Below are positions 25,456-36,890 of a stretch of DNA of 64,000 nucleotides, piece by piece. The stretch's first letter is position 1; every line of letters starts with the position of its first letter. The position numbers were made by a program, and so were the translations under genes. The notes under the pieces were generated by a model. That model worked only from the letters and a program-made list of their open reading frames with translations. It was not told where the DNA came from and ran no database searches. Origin of the DNA: Octopus sinensis (lineage: Eukaryota); the NCBI RefSeq assembly GCF_006345805.1, contig NC_042998.1:39246001-39310000 (forward strand), read 5' to 3'.

Positions 25456-28400
25456 TATATATATATCATCATCATCATCATCATCATCATTTAGCGTCCG
25501 TTTTCATGCTAGCATGGGTTGGACGGTTCAACTGGGGTCTGGGGAGCCCGAAGGCTGCACCAGGCCAGTCAGATCTGGCAGTGTTTCTACAGCTGGATGC
25601 CCTTCCTAACGCCAACCACTCCGAGAGTGTAGTGGTGATTTTATGTGCCACCGACACAGGTGCCAGACGAGGCTGGCGAACGGCCACGCTCGGATGGTGT
25701 TTTTATGTGCCACCGACACAGGTGCCAGACGAGGCTGGCAGACGGCCACGCTCGGATGGTGTTTTTATGTGCCACCGACACAGGTGCCAGATGAGGCTGG
25801 CAGGTGCCAGACGAGGCTGGCAGACGGCCACGCTCGGATGGTGTTTTTATGTGCCACCGACACAGGTGCCAGATGAGGCTGGCGGACGGCCACGATCGGA
25901 TGGTGTTTGTTACGTCCCCAAAGCACGGAGGCCAGTCTATGCGGTACTGGCTACGGCCACGTTCGGATGATTTTCTTGTGTGCCACCGGCACTGGTACCA
26001 CAAAGTGCGTTGAAATATTAAAAATCTGAACACACTTACAGTAAATTTTTTACTTCCATTTTTCTTCATTACTAGATTCTCAAGTTCACCAAATTTTGCA
26101 AAAAAAGTCATCAGATCATCAAGGCTTACATCATCTGGGAAGCCTTTCTGTAAAAAATAAAGAACAAAACACAAAATTAGTTCAAAGAAAAATCTTCCTT
26201 TTCTGTTTTTTTTTTAATCACAAAACTGAATCAAACATACAAATATATCCAGTTCAGGTTATTCTTTTGCCAACAACTAAACATCACATTATTCTTAACC
26301 TGTGCTGGTGCTAGTGCCCCTTAAAAGCACTCAGTACAATCTGTAAAGTGGTTGGCATTAGGAGGGGCATCCAACCATTGAACCATGCCAAAACAGACAA
26401 TTGGAGCTTGGCGCAATCCTCTGGCTTGCCAGCTCCTGTCAAACCATCCAACTCATGCCAGCATGGAAAATGGATGTTAAATGATGGTGATTCAGTGTTA
26501 AAACAATGACCTTAAAATAGCTTTATCTTCAATTTTCAACAAAAAACAGGAGTTAGCATGCAAGCCTTCAATTAAAATAGCAAAACTACAAAACTGTTGA
26601 GACAAAGACATATCCTGCATAATCTATGCAACCAAACTGAAGATAGATGCTAAGTCAACATCATAGAAAGCTTTGAAACTTATGATCACCAACTGTGAAC
26701 TTTGCTTTAACAAATTGAAGATTTTGTCTTTTTGAATAAACAAAAAGGTAGATGCACACACAAAATCAAGTAGAACCTGGAGATCCAAAACAATAAACAA
26801 ATAGTCAAATTAACAATACAAAGAAAAGAAAACCATACCACATAAAGTGTTCGATTGCTCATTTCTTCCCTTCTTTCCCGTGTGTTCTCTGGCAATGGCT
26901 TTGCAGTTGAACGACGGATCTTTGTGCTATCTTCATTGACCTAAAAAAGGGTTAGAAAATAAGAAAGACTATAACTTCAAATAATCCAAAAAAGAATTCA
27001 CGTGAATTATGACAAATTACAGGTATAAAAATATAAATATAATGAGCATTTCTAAACTCAAAGGAACAGAGATAGAAGATACAAGTTGTGTTGGGAGACT
27101 AATTCTTACAGATTTGATTTCAAAATATTTTGAGGATTTTCTGACTATTGCCACATTTATGATTTAGAATTTCCAGAAGACAGAAATGTTGTAATTTAAA
27201 TGTTTGTTATCCCTCAAACTTGTGATGGTCAAAAACAGGCACATACATTAGAAGATTCTATAAGTCACAAATAGCATTTACAATAATTACAAAAATATTT
27301 AATAAAATGATGTATAAAAGTTTAAAGCTAACCTCCATTAAACCAGATTTTGATTTCTTTATAGTATCACATATCACTTGAGCATCTTCACTGAGAGATT
27401 TCAGTCGATTAAATTTTAGCATGATTTCCATTGAAACCCCTTGTTTAAAATGTTGGTGAAGGAGAACAACAATATACAATGAACAGCAGTAAAAAGCAGA
27501 AACAGTCTGATATAATAAACCAAAAAGTAACACACGTGTTCAGCTAATTTCATCACACTACTGTCCTTGGCAAATATTGTCAAACGTATACCAGCTTGGA
27601 AAAGCAAAGGGGATAAGAAATTAATATCAACAGTTGTGCTAAGGGTGAAAGTAAGTTAAACCTAAAGCTCATAAGAGAAAATCCATTATATGAAGTTATG
27701 ATGTACATTAGTGTCATATGTGCAATGAAACTACTGGATCAAGAGTGCCAGGAGAATAAAGAGTATTGGCTTCATAGATGTGTTATGTAATTATTCCAAA
27801 GCTAATGGAGTTAAGGGAATGACAAAAGCAATGCATGCAAAGGACCTTTCTTACAATCACTGACTATATCAATTAAACGCCATCTCTCTTCAAGGTCTGG
27901 CTTGAGTCTGTCTGAGAATTAGTTTTATTCCTGTGTATGTAGATGTGTGGTTGCTTACAAGAGAAAGGTGAGAGTGAAGAGGGAGTGTGTGTGGTGTAGC
28001 TGGGTTAAGTGTCAGTGTGGATGTCTGTGAGTGTGCCCGTGCATGCCAGTTTGTGTGTGTGCATGTGGATACACATGGCTGTGTATTGAAATTGTTCATA
28101 AATACATGTAATTAAGAACAATTCCAATACACAACCATGCACATGAAAGCATGCATAAACACACATACATGCACACAAGAACAGACACACAGATGCTTAC
28201 CTATTCAAAAACAAAAACAGCTACAACACATGCAAACACACAAACATATTCACTTACACACACATTCTGTCCTCCCCTTCCTCACATAATGAACTACCCT
28301 CATAAATCTATACAGGATGACAAGCGAATCTGAGCAGATCTGACCTCTAACAAGAAGGCCAAAAAGGCTATTAAAGAGGTCACAGATGACCAAGGTGCGC

Positions 28401-29204
28401 ACACACACACACATACTCTTCATTTACTCTCACCCTTCCCTTCCCTTCTCTCGTAATCAACCACACATCTACATACACAAGAATAAGACTAATTTGACTT
28501 TGACAAACACATAAGACAAATGATTGATTAGTTAGCTGGTTAGATATTTAACCAGGTGACTAAGGATAAAGAAGTGATATTCAACCAGTGCCTGTGTTTA
28601 GTATTGTTGGCATGATGACCCTCCCAAGACTCAAGATGTAATAAAATAGTTAAATTTCAAGAAGTTAGGCTTCATAATGTGAGTGCAAAATTAATACACA
28701 GATGTACTGCAACCGTATTTAATTTGCAATAGATAAACATGTTAAAACACTAAATAAATTGAAGTTCTGATAAAATGTATTTTATGTAAAATGGAAATAT
28801 ATATTAAAAAAAAACATCAACAATGGAAAGCAGAGAAAAAGGATACAGCCATCATCTAACTTAATTTGTTCTTGAAGAAACGATCTCGGGAAAGGTTGAT
28901 GTCTCCAAAATAATACTGAAACAAAGAGAAAACACACAATAAACAGAAATAATGACAGGTCAAACAGGGAACCACTTTGTGGATCACATGAACACAAAAA
29001 TAGCAGCTAAAACCTCGTATGGGTGGTCATGAATACATTGGATCAAGGCTAATTTGGGGTTAAACAACAAATGCAGGCAGCACAATTGTACCAGATTTAA
29101 TGTTAAAGAATGGAACCAAATGAAGTAAGTGTTTAGCATACCTCAATCTGTCGAATAATTTTTTGTTCAAGAGCTGTTAAAGTTTCACCGTTTGTTTCAG
29201 CCAT
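12418..29204 (-). CDS. SSB: La autoantigen / SSB (La motif, RRM1, RRM2, basic C-terminus), about 358 aa. Coding exons: 29204-29142, 28915-28847, 27439-27333, 26940-26839, 26147-26040, 22650-22550, 20772-20701, 20502-20478, 19629-19489, 16683-16566, 14819-14691, 12458-12418
   Basis: Spliced translation: [61 protein letters not shown]...KIRRSTAKPLPE...RTLYV-KGFPDDVSLDDL...GSAFVVF...GSVLHLSGF...EDIRTFF...WVDYNKG...GDEPAAKVSKTED-stop, collinear with known La proteins. All introns are GT-AG with compatible phases. One base is missing in exon 28915-28847 (see findings). AATAAA on the minus strand at 12081-12076. Confidence 0.95.
13615..13994 (-). mobile_element. SINE family A copy in La intron 12
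   Basis: Reverse complement of 47027-47436. Confidence 0.85.
14195..14652 (+). mobile_element. RTE LINE 3' end fragment with 3' UTR and (GAT)n tail
   Basis: Encodes a degenerate RGxxKPRKTxDKILKSDLRTL segment, followed by the ttggcactaggaagggcatccagc motif and a GAT tail. Confidence 0.8.
15436..15657 (-). mobile_element. SINE family B copy in La intron 11
   Basis: Reverse complement of 35771-36005. Confidence 0.85.
18131..18453 (-). mobile_element. Non-autonomous Helitron
   Basis: Minus strand A|TCTTTATATATAAAAG...CCCGAGCAATGCCGGG hairpin...CTAG|T: 5' TC, 3' CTAG, subterminal hairpin and AT insertion site. Confidence 0.75.
20045..20250. repeat. Spacerless inverted duplication (palindrome) centred on the RTE-tail motif CATGCTAGCATG
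   Basis: Arms 20045-20144 and 20145-20250 are exact reverse complements except for two extra GAT units. Confidence 0.95.
25639..25990 (-). repeat. Tandem array of about 5 GC-rich units (62-bp period) inside an RTE 3' UTR copy
   Basis: The unit ttttatgtgccaccgacacaggtgccagacgaggctggcagacggccacgctcggatggtgt starts at 25639, 25701 and onward; 1-2 units occur in other copies (46190-46340, 56370-56520). Confidence 0.9.
27440..28846 (-). other. U12-type (minor spliceosome) GT-AG intron in the La gene
   Basis: 5' splice site GTATCCTTTTT (28846-28836). Branch-like TTCTCCTTCAC with the A at 27457, 17 nt from the 3' splice site. No polypyrimidine tract (aacattttaaacaag). Confidence 0.85.
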
Positions 29205-29989
29205 TACAACCACTAAAATGAAACAACAAAAAAATAAAGAAGAGAAAACTCTTTAGCATTCATAGATGACTGTTGAATTGATAAAAAGAGAAAAAAATAT
29301 CATTCTGCTCTAAGCAATATGTTAGATTAGTTTCAACAGAACTGGTTGTGCCCAATTCCAATGCTAAAATCTGCTTCTCAACCATTAACTTATTCAGCAT
29401 TTATCAAAACTCCTTTATAAGGAGCAGATTTATTTGACACATTGCTACCATTACTTGTTCATCCGACAAACCCAAACTCCAAGAAATTGGTGAATCTTGT
29501 TTTGTCTGGTGACCTTTGCAGATCAGATTTAACTGGACAAACCTAGGATTGATATTCAGTTGAATGACAAAATACCTACAACAGATCTATTGTTCAGGAT
29601 ACACCATGTCTCTGCCTAGCCAGACATACTGGGGTTAACTGTACCGAATGCAGTGTTTCAGTCTGAACATCTAGCAATCTCAACTTCCATCTAATCTGTT
29701 TCTTGTATTCCTTGCTTTGGTGACCACAGCAAAGGTAGACAAGATGGACTTTGTCGGGGTGTGATATTGTTCCCCTGCACATCCCAGCATAGTATTTCAG
29801 CCTGATGATGTCATTTGTCTGGAATAAGTGGAAGAGTGTATTCTAAATGAGCCAGCTATTCACATTGCAATAAGCTGTGCTCCTTGCAAGTCCAAATGCT
29901 CTTATCATTTTAAGTATTTTGTTATCATATAAGTGGATCTGTGCACAACCAATATATGCATGTGTCTGTGTGTATTACAGATCCCTTCA

Positions 29990-30960
29990 TGGAGATGGTC
30001 CTGTTTGCTATGTAGGTGTTGGGAGAACCCCATACAGTGTACCCAGTGCAAGCAATGGACACATAAGAAGTACAGTGTTATCACTGGAAGAGAAAAGTAG
30101 TCTTTACATGTGGCAGATGTGTAAGCTTACACATATCCTCAGCAGTCACGGCCCATATTTCAATGCCATGCATCATACAGTCTACCTTTTACTCTGAGCG
30201 AGAAGCCCTTTGTCACCAGCAGAGGTAAGAGCTCTCTCAACTTTGCCCAAGCTATTCTTATTCTAGCAGCTACACTTTCAGAGCATCCACCCCTGCTACT
30301 GACTTGGTCACCTAGGTAACAGAAGCTATCAACTACTTCTAGTTTTTCTCCCTGGAATGTGGCAGAAGTTGTTCTCTGCACATTTTCAGTGTTTATTGTT
30401 CCTGAGCATCTGCCACATACAAAAACTATCTTACCAGTTAGCCTTCCTTTGATATTGCTGCACCTCTTATGTATCCATAGCTTACACTGGGTACATCTTA
30501 TAGAGTTTCTACCTACACCTTTTCTACAGATCGAGCAGGGCCATCTACCTGAAGAGATTTGTGGTTTGTTTGTCTTCCTACTTATTAGGACTTTGGTTTT
30601 AACTAGGTTGGCCCTTCGATTCTAATCCTTGCTTCCACACCTAGAACTTCTCTAGTTCTGATAGTGACTCAGCAATTAGAGCAAGGTCATTAGCATAGAG
30701 GATCTCCCAGAGGCATCCTGTCTTGAATTCCTGTTATTGCCTGGAGGACTATGATAAATAGGAGGGGACTGAGGACAGAACCTTGGTGGACCCCTACCTT
30801 TTCCCGGAATTCTTCATTGTACTCGTTGCCAACCCTCACCTTACTGACAGCGTCCCTGTACATGGCTCACACTAACCATTCTTTTATCGCTAGTTTCCTC
30901 ATTGACCACCAGATAAGGGATCAGGGACCCTGTCAAAGGCTTCTCCATGTCAACGAAAGC
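29990..30960 (-). mobile_element. RTE LINE fragment (RT end, PHD-like finger, C-terminus) in La intron 1
   Basis: GEKLEVVDSFCYLGDQVSSRGGCSESVAARIRIAWAKLRELLPLL; high similarity to 57200-57900. Confidence 0.9.
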
Positions 30961-33128
30961 CAGGTATTTCAGAAAATCATTGCATTCTCTTTGCGCAAAT
31001 AAAAGACAAATTTAGCAGAGGTAAAATGAGTAAACCAAGATAGGGTAAATTCACCGCTTCATTTCTTCAGAAAACAGACTCATACACATCAATATCTATC
31101 CTTAGACATCAGAAAGATCAGAAGTGCAAAAAAATATATATATATACCTAAGTCAAATGGCAGGGGATCAGGGGGAAATGGCACTTGATACGAAATTAAC
31201 AAAACTCGACTAAATAAGAAAAACTCAACAAAAAGTATTGTCTACAGCTTCTTCATGATCTGCTGGAGTTCCCTTTCCGTGATATATTAACACATTATGC
31301 AGTTAATAAGAAGAAATTAGTCGTTATTCATTTTACCCTATTTTTAGAAATTTGAAAATTATCAAATTAGACACTAGTGTGGGAAAAAACTGACTTGGAA
31401 TCCAACAGAGAAAAGAATATTGTTAAACACCAAAAATTGTCCAGGTATTTTATTAGCAGCCTTAATTACAATCGGGTCAAATTTGAGGAGAAATTTCTTT
31501 AAAAAAAATAGTGTCACCTGACTATGCTCACCAATTTTCACTTCTAAGATGATGCAATACAATGATTTCAAAAAGGCAGGAAGAAAATAAAGAGAAATCA
31601 GAAGTAGGACTTACTAATTTTGCCCCACCTACCTATCCAGGTTTCTGGAAGTTGTTAAACAAAACCAAGAGGAGTCACATCATTTTCTTAAACAAATTAA
31701 ATAAAACAAAAAAGATAGACTAGTCACAACTAGCTAGCGCGGATGCGCGCACCAGGACCCCTCTTCTTAGATGGTACCCATTTGTGTAGGTAAGCCTTTC
31801 CTCTGTTTTATTTTTAACATACATCGATATTATACAGTACTTGCGAAATAATGATTTCCAGTTAGGCTAGATCATAAACAAACGCATTACGCCACATGAA
31901 TTCAATATTTCGTCATGTCATAAAAGCCTACGGAAAAAAAAGCAAAATGATATGTGCGTAAGAGCGAAACACCGATTTACAATTAGTTACATTAACCCCC
32001 TTTTTTTTCTTTTTTTTTTTTACAACGGTGAATGTGATTTGAGGGAAATTTAGCTTCTATTTCTAGCAGATAAAACGACAACGCAGAGTGCTTCGTTGGT
32101 TCGTGTCGTGGTGGTGGCTGAAATCGGAATAACGGGTTGGAATGAGCGGAGTTCAAATGCTTCAGTCGGTTCTGGCACACAAAGTAGGGCAAAAGTCAAG
32201 AATATGTACAACAGGTCAATGTTTACAGTATTATCCGGAAACGAAGAAAAAAAAAGTGCAACAGGGGTTTTAAAAAATGTGTAGGAAACGAACATGAAAA
32301 CAAAAATGCGCGAAAAGTATTAACCGGGTTTAGGGATTTTGTTAAGGGCCGTGTACGTATTCTTTACCTTCTCCTTAAAGTAGATTAAACGTTTATAAGT
32401 AATCACAAGATTTTTTTTTTAAATCCTAAATTTTGCTCCTTTCGCAACTTATGTAGGGATGAGGTCCGTAGCCAAACCTTATTCCTCATCAAATGCTAGG
32501 CGAATATTGAAGAGATATCGAAGTCGATTTACAATGTCTCTGTTTATATCCACACATTTTCACCGAAATACCTAAATATATATTCTCAATAGATGAATTT
32601 CTTCAGAGACTGGGGGGAATGTCCTGTTACACTTAAAGGACCAACGATCCTTCCCAGCATTTTTAATCTTCTTTTTTAAACGAAAACCTAAGTAAAATCC
32701 CTTCAGGATCTGAAGACGAGATAGGAACCTATAATTTACCGTAATCTACTCGTAACGAATAACAGCAGTTCTTGAAAATTTGTCAACTTTATCCTAATAT
32801 TCACAATATCCTGAGACATTCCATCTTCTCGACTGGTTGGTCATGTGCTTCTAATTAAGCATAAAATAAAAATTTGGGCAGCAACTTTCCAATGTGTATA
32901 TTAATTTTTTAATAAATTTACATCCACATAATTGTTTTCGTTCAATTAAGATTGATTTTCTGGCTTGATTCAAAAGGAATTCGATTAATTAAAAGAATTC
33001 GAAATGAGAAATAGAACTTCTTCAATCTGGGCAAACAGCAGCACATGTTCGTTTAAATAAAGCAAAAAAAACTTATTTCTGCGATAAAATAACATTTCTC
33101 GAATAGTCTGATAAAAGAAAATACTCAC

Positions 33129-33250
33129 CTTTAATAAAATCAATGAATTCTTTCTACAATGTGACAATATTAAAAGAGATGAAATGAAATTCCACAGAAA
33201 TTTACTAAAAACCAGGAAAAGTTGTGAAGCACGTTGCCGTGAGGGAAGGG
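33129..33250 (-). other. SSB: Probable non-coding first exon of La
   Basis: Strong donor AAG|GTGAGT at 33129/33128, lying just downstream of the promoter motifs. Joins the acceptor at 29212, 8 nt before the ATG. The TSS position is approximate. Confidence 0.6.
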
Positions 33251-33290
33251 CTGCTGCGCATGCGTAAACACATTGACTTCCGGAGAATTC
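33241..33290. promoter_or_regulatory. Candidate bidirectional promoter core (La / methyltransferase)
   Basis: CpG-containing patch with NRF1-like TGCGCATGCG (33255-33264) and ETS/GABP-like ACTTCCGG (33276-33283). It lies between a minus-strand donor (33128) and a plus-strand donor AG|GTACGC (33593). Confidence 0.6.
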
Positions 33291-33809
33291 AGGAAGCTCA
33301 CAAAAAAATAAATAAACAGTTCGGAGGAACTTCAAGTGCTTCAAGTGGAATGGATCGGTGCCTGAGCCCATGATATTGTCTCTAAAAATAAAAATTAAAA
33401 ACAGCAATCTCATATTCCCATTGAATTTTGAGAGGATCCATATTAGAGCAGAATTTCTTTCTGGCCTTCAACATATGGGAGAAGATTATAGGGCATAACT
33501 ACACAAATGCGCCCCATCGTCGACTTTCAGGAAAATGAATCCTTTTTATTGAAAGTTTTGAGGAAATAAAGTTGAGGAGCACATTTATGTAGGTACGCCT
33601 GGTGTAGTCGATTAATAAGTAAAACTATAATGTATTGAATACTGTAAACATACTGGCATTCCTTCGGAGATGCTTTCACAAAAGTGAAAAGGATTTTTAA
33701 AATCGTTGTTTTATCTATTTGTTCGGCAATATCCGTGAAAGAAATTTTTTTTAGTATTTTTTTTCAGCTTACACATAGACCTATGCATACACAAACATAC
33801 ATACTTTAT

Positions 33810-34430
33810 CATCATCTAACGTCTGTTGTCCATGCTAGCATGGGTTGGACGGTTTCATCAGAGCTGACTAGCCGGGGAGCTGCACCAGACTCCAGTCCCA
33901 TATGGTATGATTTCTAAAGCTGGATGCCCTTCCTAATGCCAACCACTTTACAGAGTGCTGGTTGCTTTTACATGGCACTACACGGGCGCTTTTACGTGGC
34001 ACAGCACAGGCGCTTTAATGTGACACAGCATGGGTGATTTCCCGTGACACTGTCACGAGTATTTTCACCACCAGAGGAATTGGTGTTAACACTTCTGTAC
34101 AGGTCTTCTTGAGTACAGCAAGGCACCAGGCATCTTGGTCCTTAGTCGTCTCACCTGAAAGGTTCAGCGTCCTAAGGTCATTCTTCAATACTTCATCCCG
34201 TGTCTTCCTGGGTCTCCCACTTCCACGTGTTCCACCTACTTTGAGAGATCGGCATTTCTTTATGGAATTGTTGGCATCCATCCACATCACATGACCAAAC
34301 CAGCGCAGTCTTCTCTCTTGCACACAGCAACTAATTCCTCTTATGCCTAACTTCTTTCTCAAAATACTATCGTTCTGTTGAACATTACACATCCAGCAGA
34401 GCATACTAGCCTCATTTCTTTTCAGTCTTC
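33810..34430 (-). mobile_element. RTE LINE 3' fragment with 3' UTR
   Basis: ORF 34404-34015 contains RRLRWFGHVMWM...GSGRPRKT; the tail motif lies at 33810-33950. Confidence 0.85.
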
Positions 34431-34499
34431 ACATATTCTCTGCATTCAGGGCCACCATGTCGTATAACTGTCCGTATACACATATCATACAATCTTCCT

Positions 34500-34951
<452 letters not shown>

Positions 34952-35770
34952 AATGAAGGGTCAATTGTTATTGTAAGAATTATAATCTGTAAAAAATATG
35001 AATAAAGTTGATTAAAAGAAAAATAACAATAAGTAAATTACATTAAGTATAATCACTGTTTATTAGAGACACAAGAGAAATGAGCTTACAATGTATTGAC
35101 TGCCATAGCATCATGCAAAACTTTCCAGAACATTCTCAAATATACATGATGTCATGGAACAGTCTTGAATATTCTGGAAATGACCTCATCAATTAATTCC
35201 TGATACTTCTGGAAGTTTCTCGAGTCACGATCATGTGACAACATAACACAAATAAATGATAAAAAATAAGAATTGAATGTGATTTGCTACAAACCACGAA
35301 ACAACAAGTTTGACCCCCATTTTAAATGTCCCGATTAAAAATAAAAGTAATAGGCTGATGCCATTTAAAAGGAAACAGCATGTCGAAATGTGCTAAAATT
35401 CATGTCAGTTTTGTATTAAAGCGAAATAAGTCTTCATTAGCTTCAAGCAGCATTTCCATCAAACAAGAGTATGAAAGCTGTGCTGCTGGAAACGAATGTG
35501 TATACACATTCGTTTCCAGCAGCATGGCTTCTTTTCATACTCATTCAGTCTCATATTATTTCTGATTTCTTTACAGCGGCCTGAATAACCTCGTTTTTAT
35601 ATTAAAATAGATCCAGCTGGGACTCCAGTTCTCTATTCCCCCATGAAGATAGTACCCTTAATATTAAAAAAAAAAAAAAATGAAATGTTGTCTCGCATCC
35701 AGAACCACATTTAAACTATGGAGGGCACTTCAAATTCGGTGGGCCCCTTCATGCAGAAGAATTAAAATTA

Positions 35771-36005
35771 AGGCGGTGAGCTGGCAGAAACATTAGCACA
35801 CCGGGTGAAATGCTTAGCAGTATTTCGTCTGCCGTTATGTTCTGAGTTCAAATTCCGCCGAGGTTGACTTTACCTTTCATCCTTTTGGGGTCAATAAATT
35901 AAGTACCAGTTACGCACTGGGGTCGATATAATCGACTTAATCCGTTTGTCTGTCCTTGTTTGTCTCCTCTATGTTTAGCCCATTGTGGGCAATAAAGAAA
36001 TAAGA
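35771..36005 (+). mobile_element. tRNA-derived SINE, family B (other copies: 7745-7957 -, 15436-15657 -, 16050-16255 -, 24715-24898 -, 43900-44090 -)
   Basis: ggcggtgagctggcagaaac...ttctgagttcaaattccgccgagg (B box GTTCAAATT)...ctttcatcctttggggtc; multicopy in the window. Confidence 0.85.
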
Positions 36006-36509
36006 ATTAAGGTTTTGGAAAATTAGCAAATTTATATCTTAAAAACCATCTATCACATTTCTTGTATTTTACAAGTTAGCAGAGAATGTTTAAATAAAGA
36101 ACTGAAAATGTCGCTTTATGGATACACTTTTCAAAATTCAAATGTTTTTCTCCCACATTCACTTGCAGTGTTTGACTTTTCCTTTATTGTGGAAAGTACA
36201 ATGAAGGAGGGAAGAGTGGGTAAGATATTTTTTTCTTTAACATGTGTAACAAATGTTTCAGAATGCAGAATATGATAAAATGACAGAAAATTAAGGAAAA
36301 GAAAAATATATCATTTTAGTGGTTGTTGTTCTAAAGATCTGATGAGTGTGTTTGTGTGAGGGGAGAAACAAACATTGAAAGGACATGGATTCTTAAAACT
36401 TTTTGAAAAAGCTTCCCTTCATTGTCTTGCAATGAAAAAAAGGGAAAGTCATGACAAAATTTGCAGAATTCCAACATATGTGAGACAGCTATCCCTTTTT
36501 GTCTATTCC

Positions 36510-36890
36510 TTTTCTTCATCATATGAAAACATACAAGTTTTGGTCTTCACATTAGCAAGCGCTAGTTCTTCTGGAATGCCAGATGCTTGAAGGATCTTCA
36601 ATATTTTGTAACGATGGGTGTTGTGAAACCTGTTACTGAAGTCCACAAAGGTTATAATGGCAGGTAGTCTTGATTTAACTCCTATGATATGCTTCAAGGC
36701 TAAGATAGATGTAGCTCACCCTGGTCTAAATCCATTTGGGTTTGGTCTTAGATGGCTATCAAGCACCGGTTGAGGATCATTTGATTGATGACTTTGAGTG
36801 AGATATTGGACAGTGCAATGCCTCTGCAGTTATTTTCATTGCTGAGGTTTCCTGACTTTGGCATTTGTATCAAGTTAATCTCAGACTACT
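36510..36890 (-). mobile_element. RT fragment of a second non-LTR family (RTE-like, distinct from the main family)
   Basis: Across frameshifts: PKSGNLSNENNCRGIALSNISLKVINQMILNR...LRPNPNGFRPG...ILALKHIIGVKSRLPAIITFVDFS...ILKILQASGIPE, i.e. RT domains 1-3. Confidence 0.8.

Noticed and set aside
25639-25990. CRISPR-like appearance of the 62-bp array
   Set aside because: There are no unique spacers, it lies in an animal retroelement UTR and no cas genes are present.
26597-26614. Near-complement to the 18S rRNA 5' region (U27-like guide)
   Set aside because: Imperfect, on the wrong strand for an intronic snoRNA and lacking boxes.
28335-28390. Hairpin TGACCTCT/AGAGGTCA with an internal loop, H/ACA-like
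   Set aside because: No H box, second hairpin or ACA tail in the right position.
29480-29860. GC-richer island in La intron 1
   Set aside because: Weak resemblance to a decayed LINE endonuclease (ILCWDVQG, ETW); too degenerate to call.
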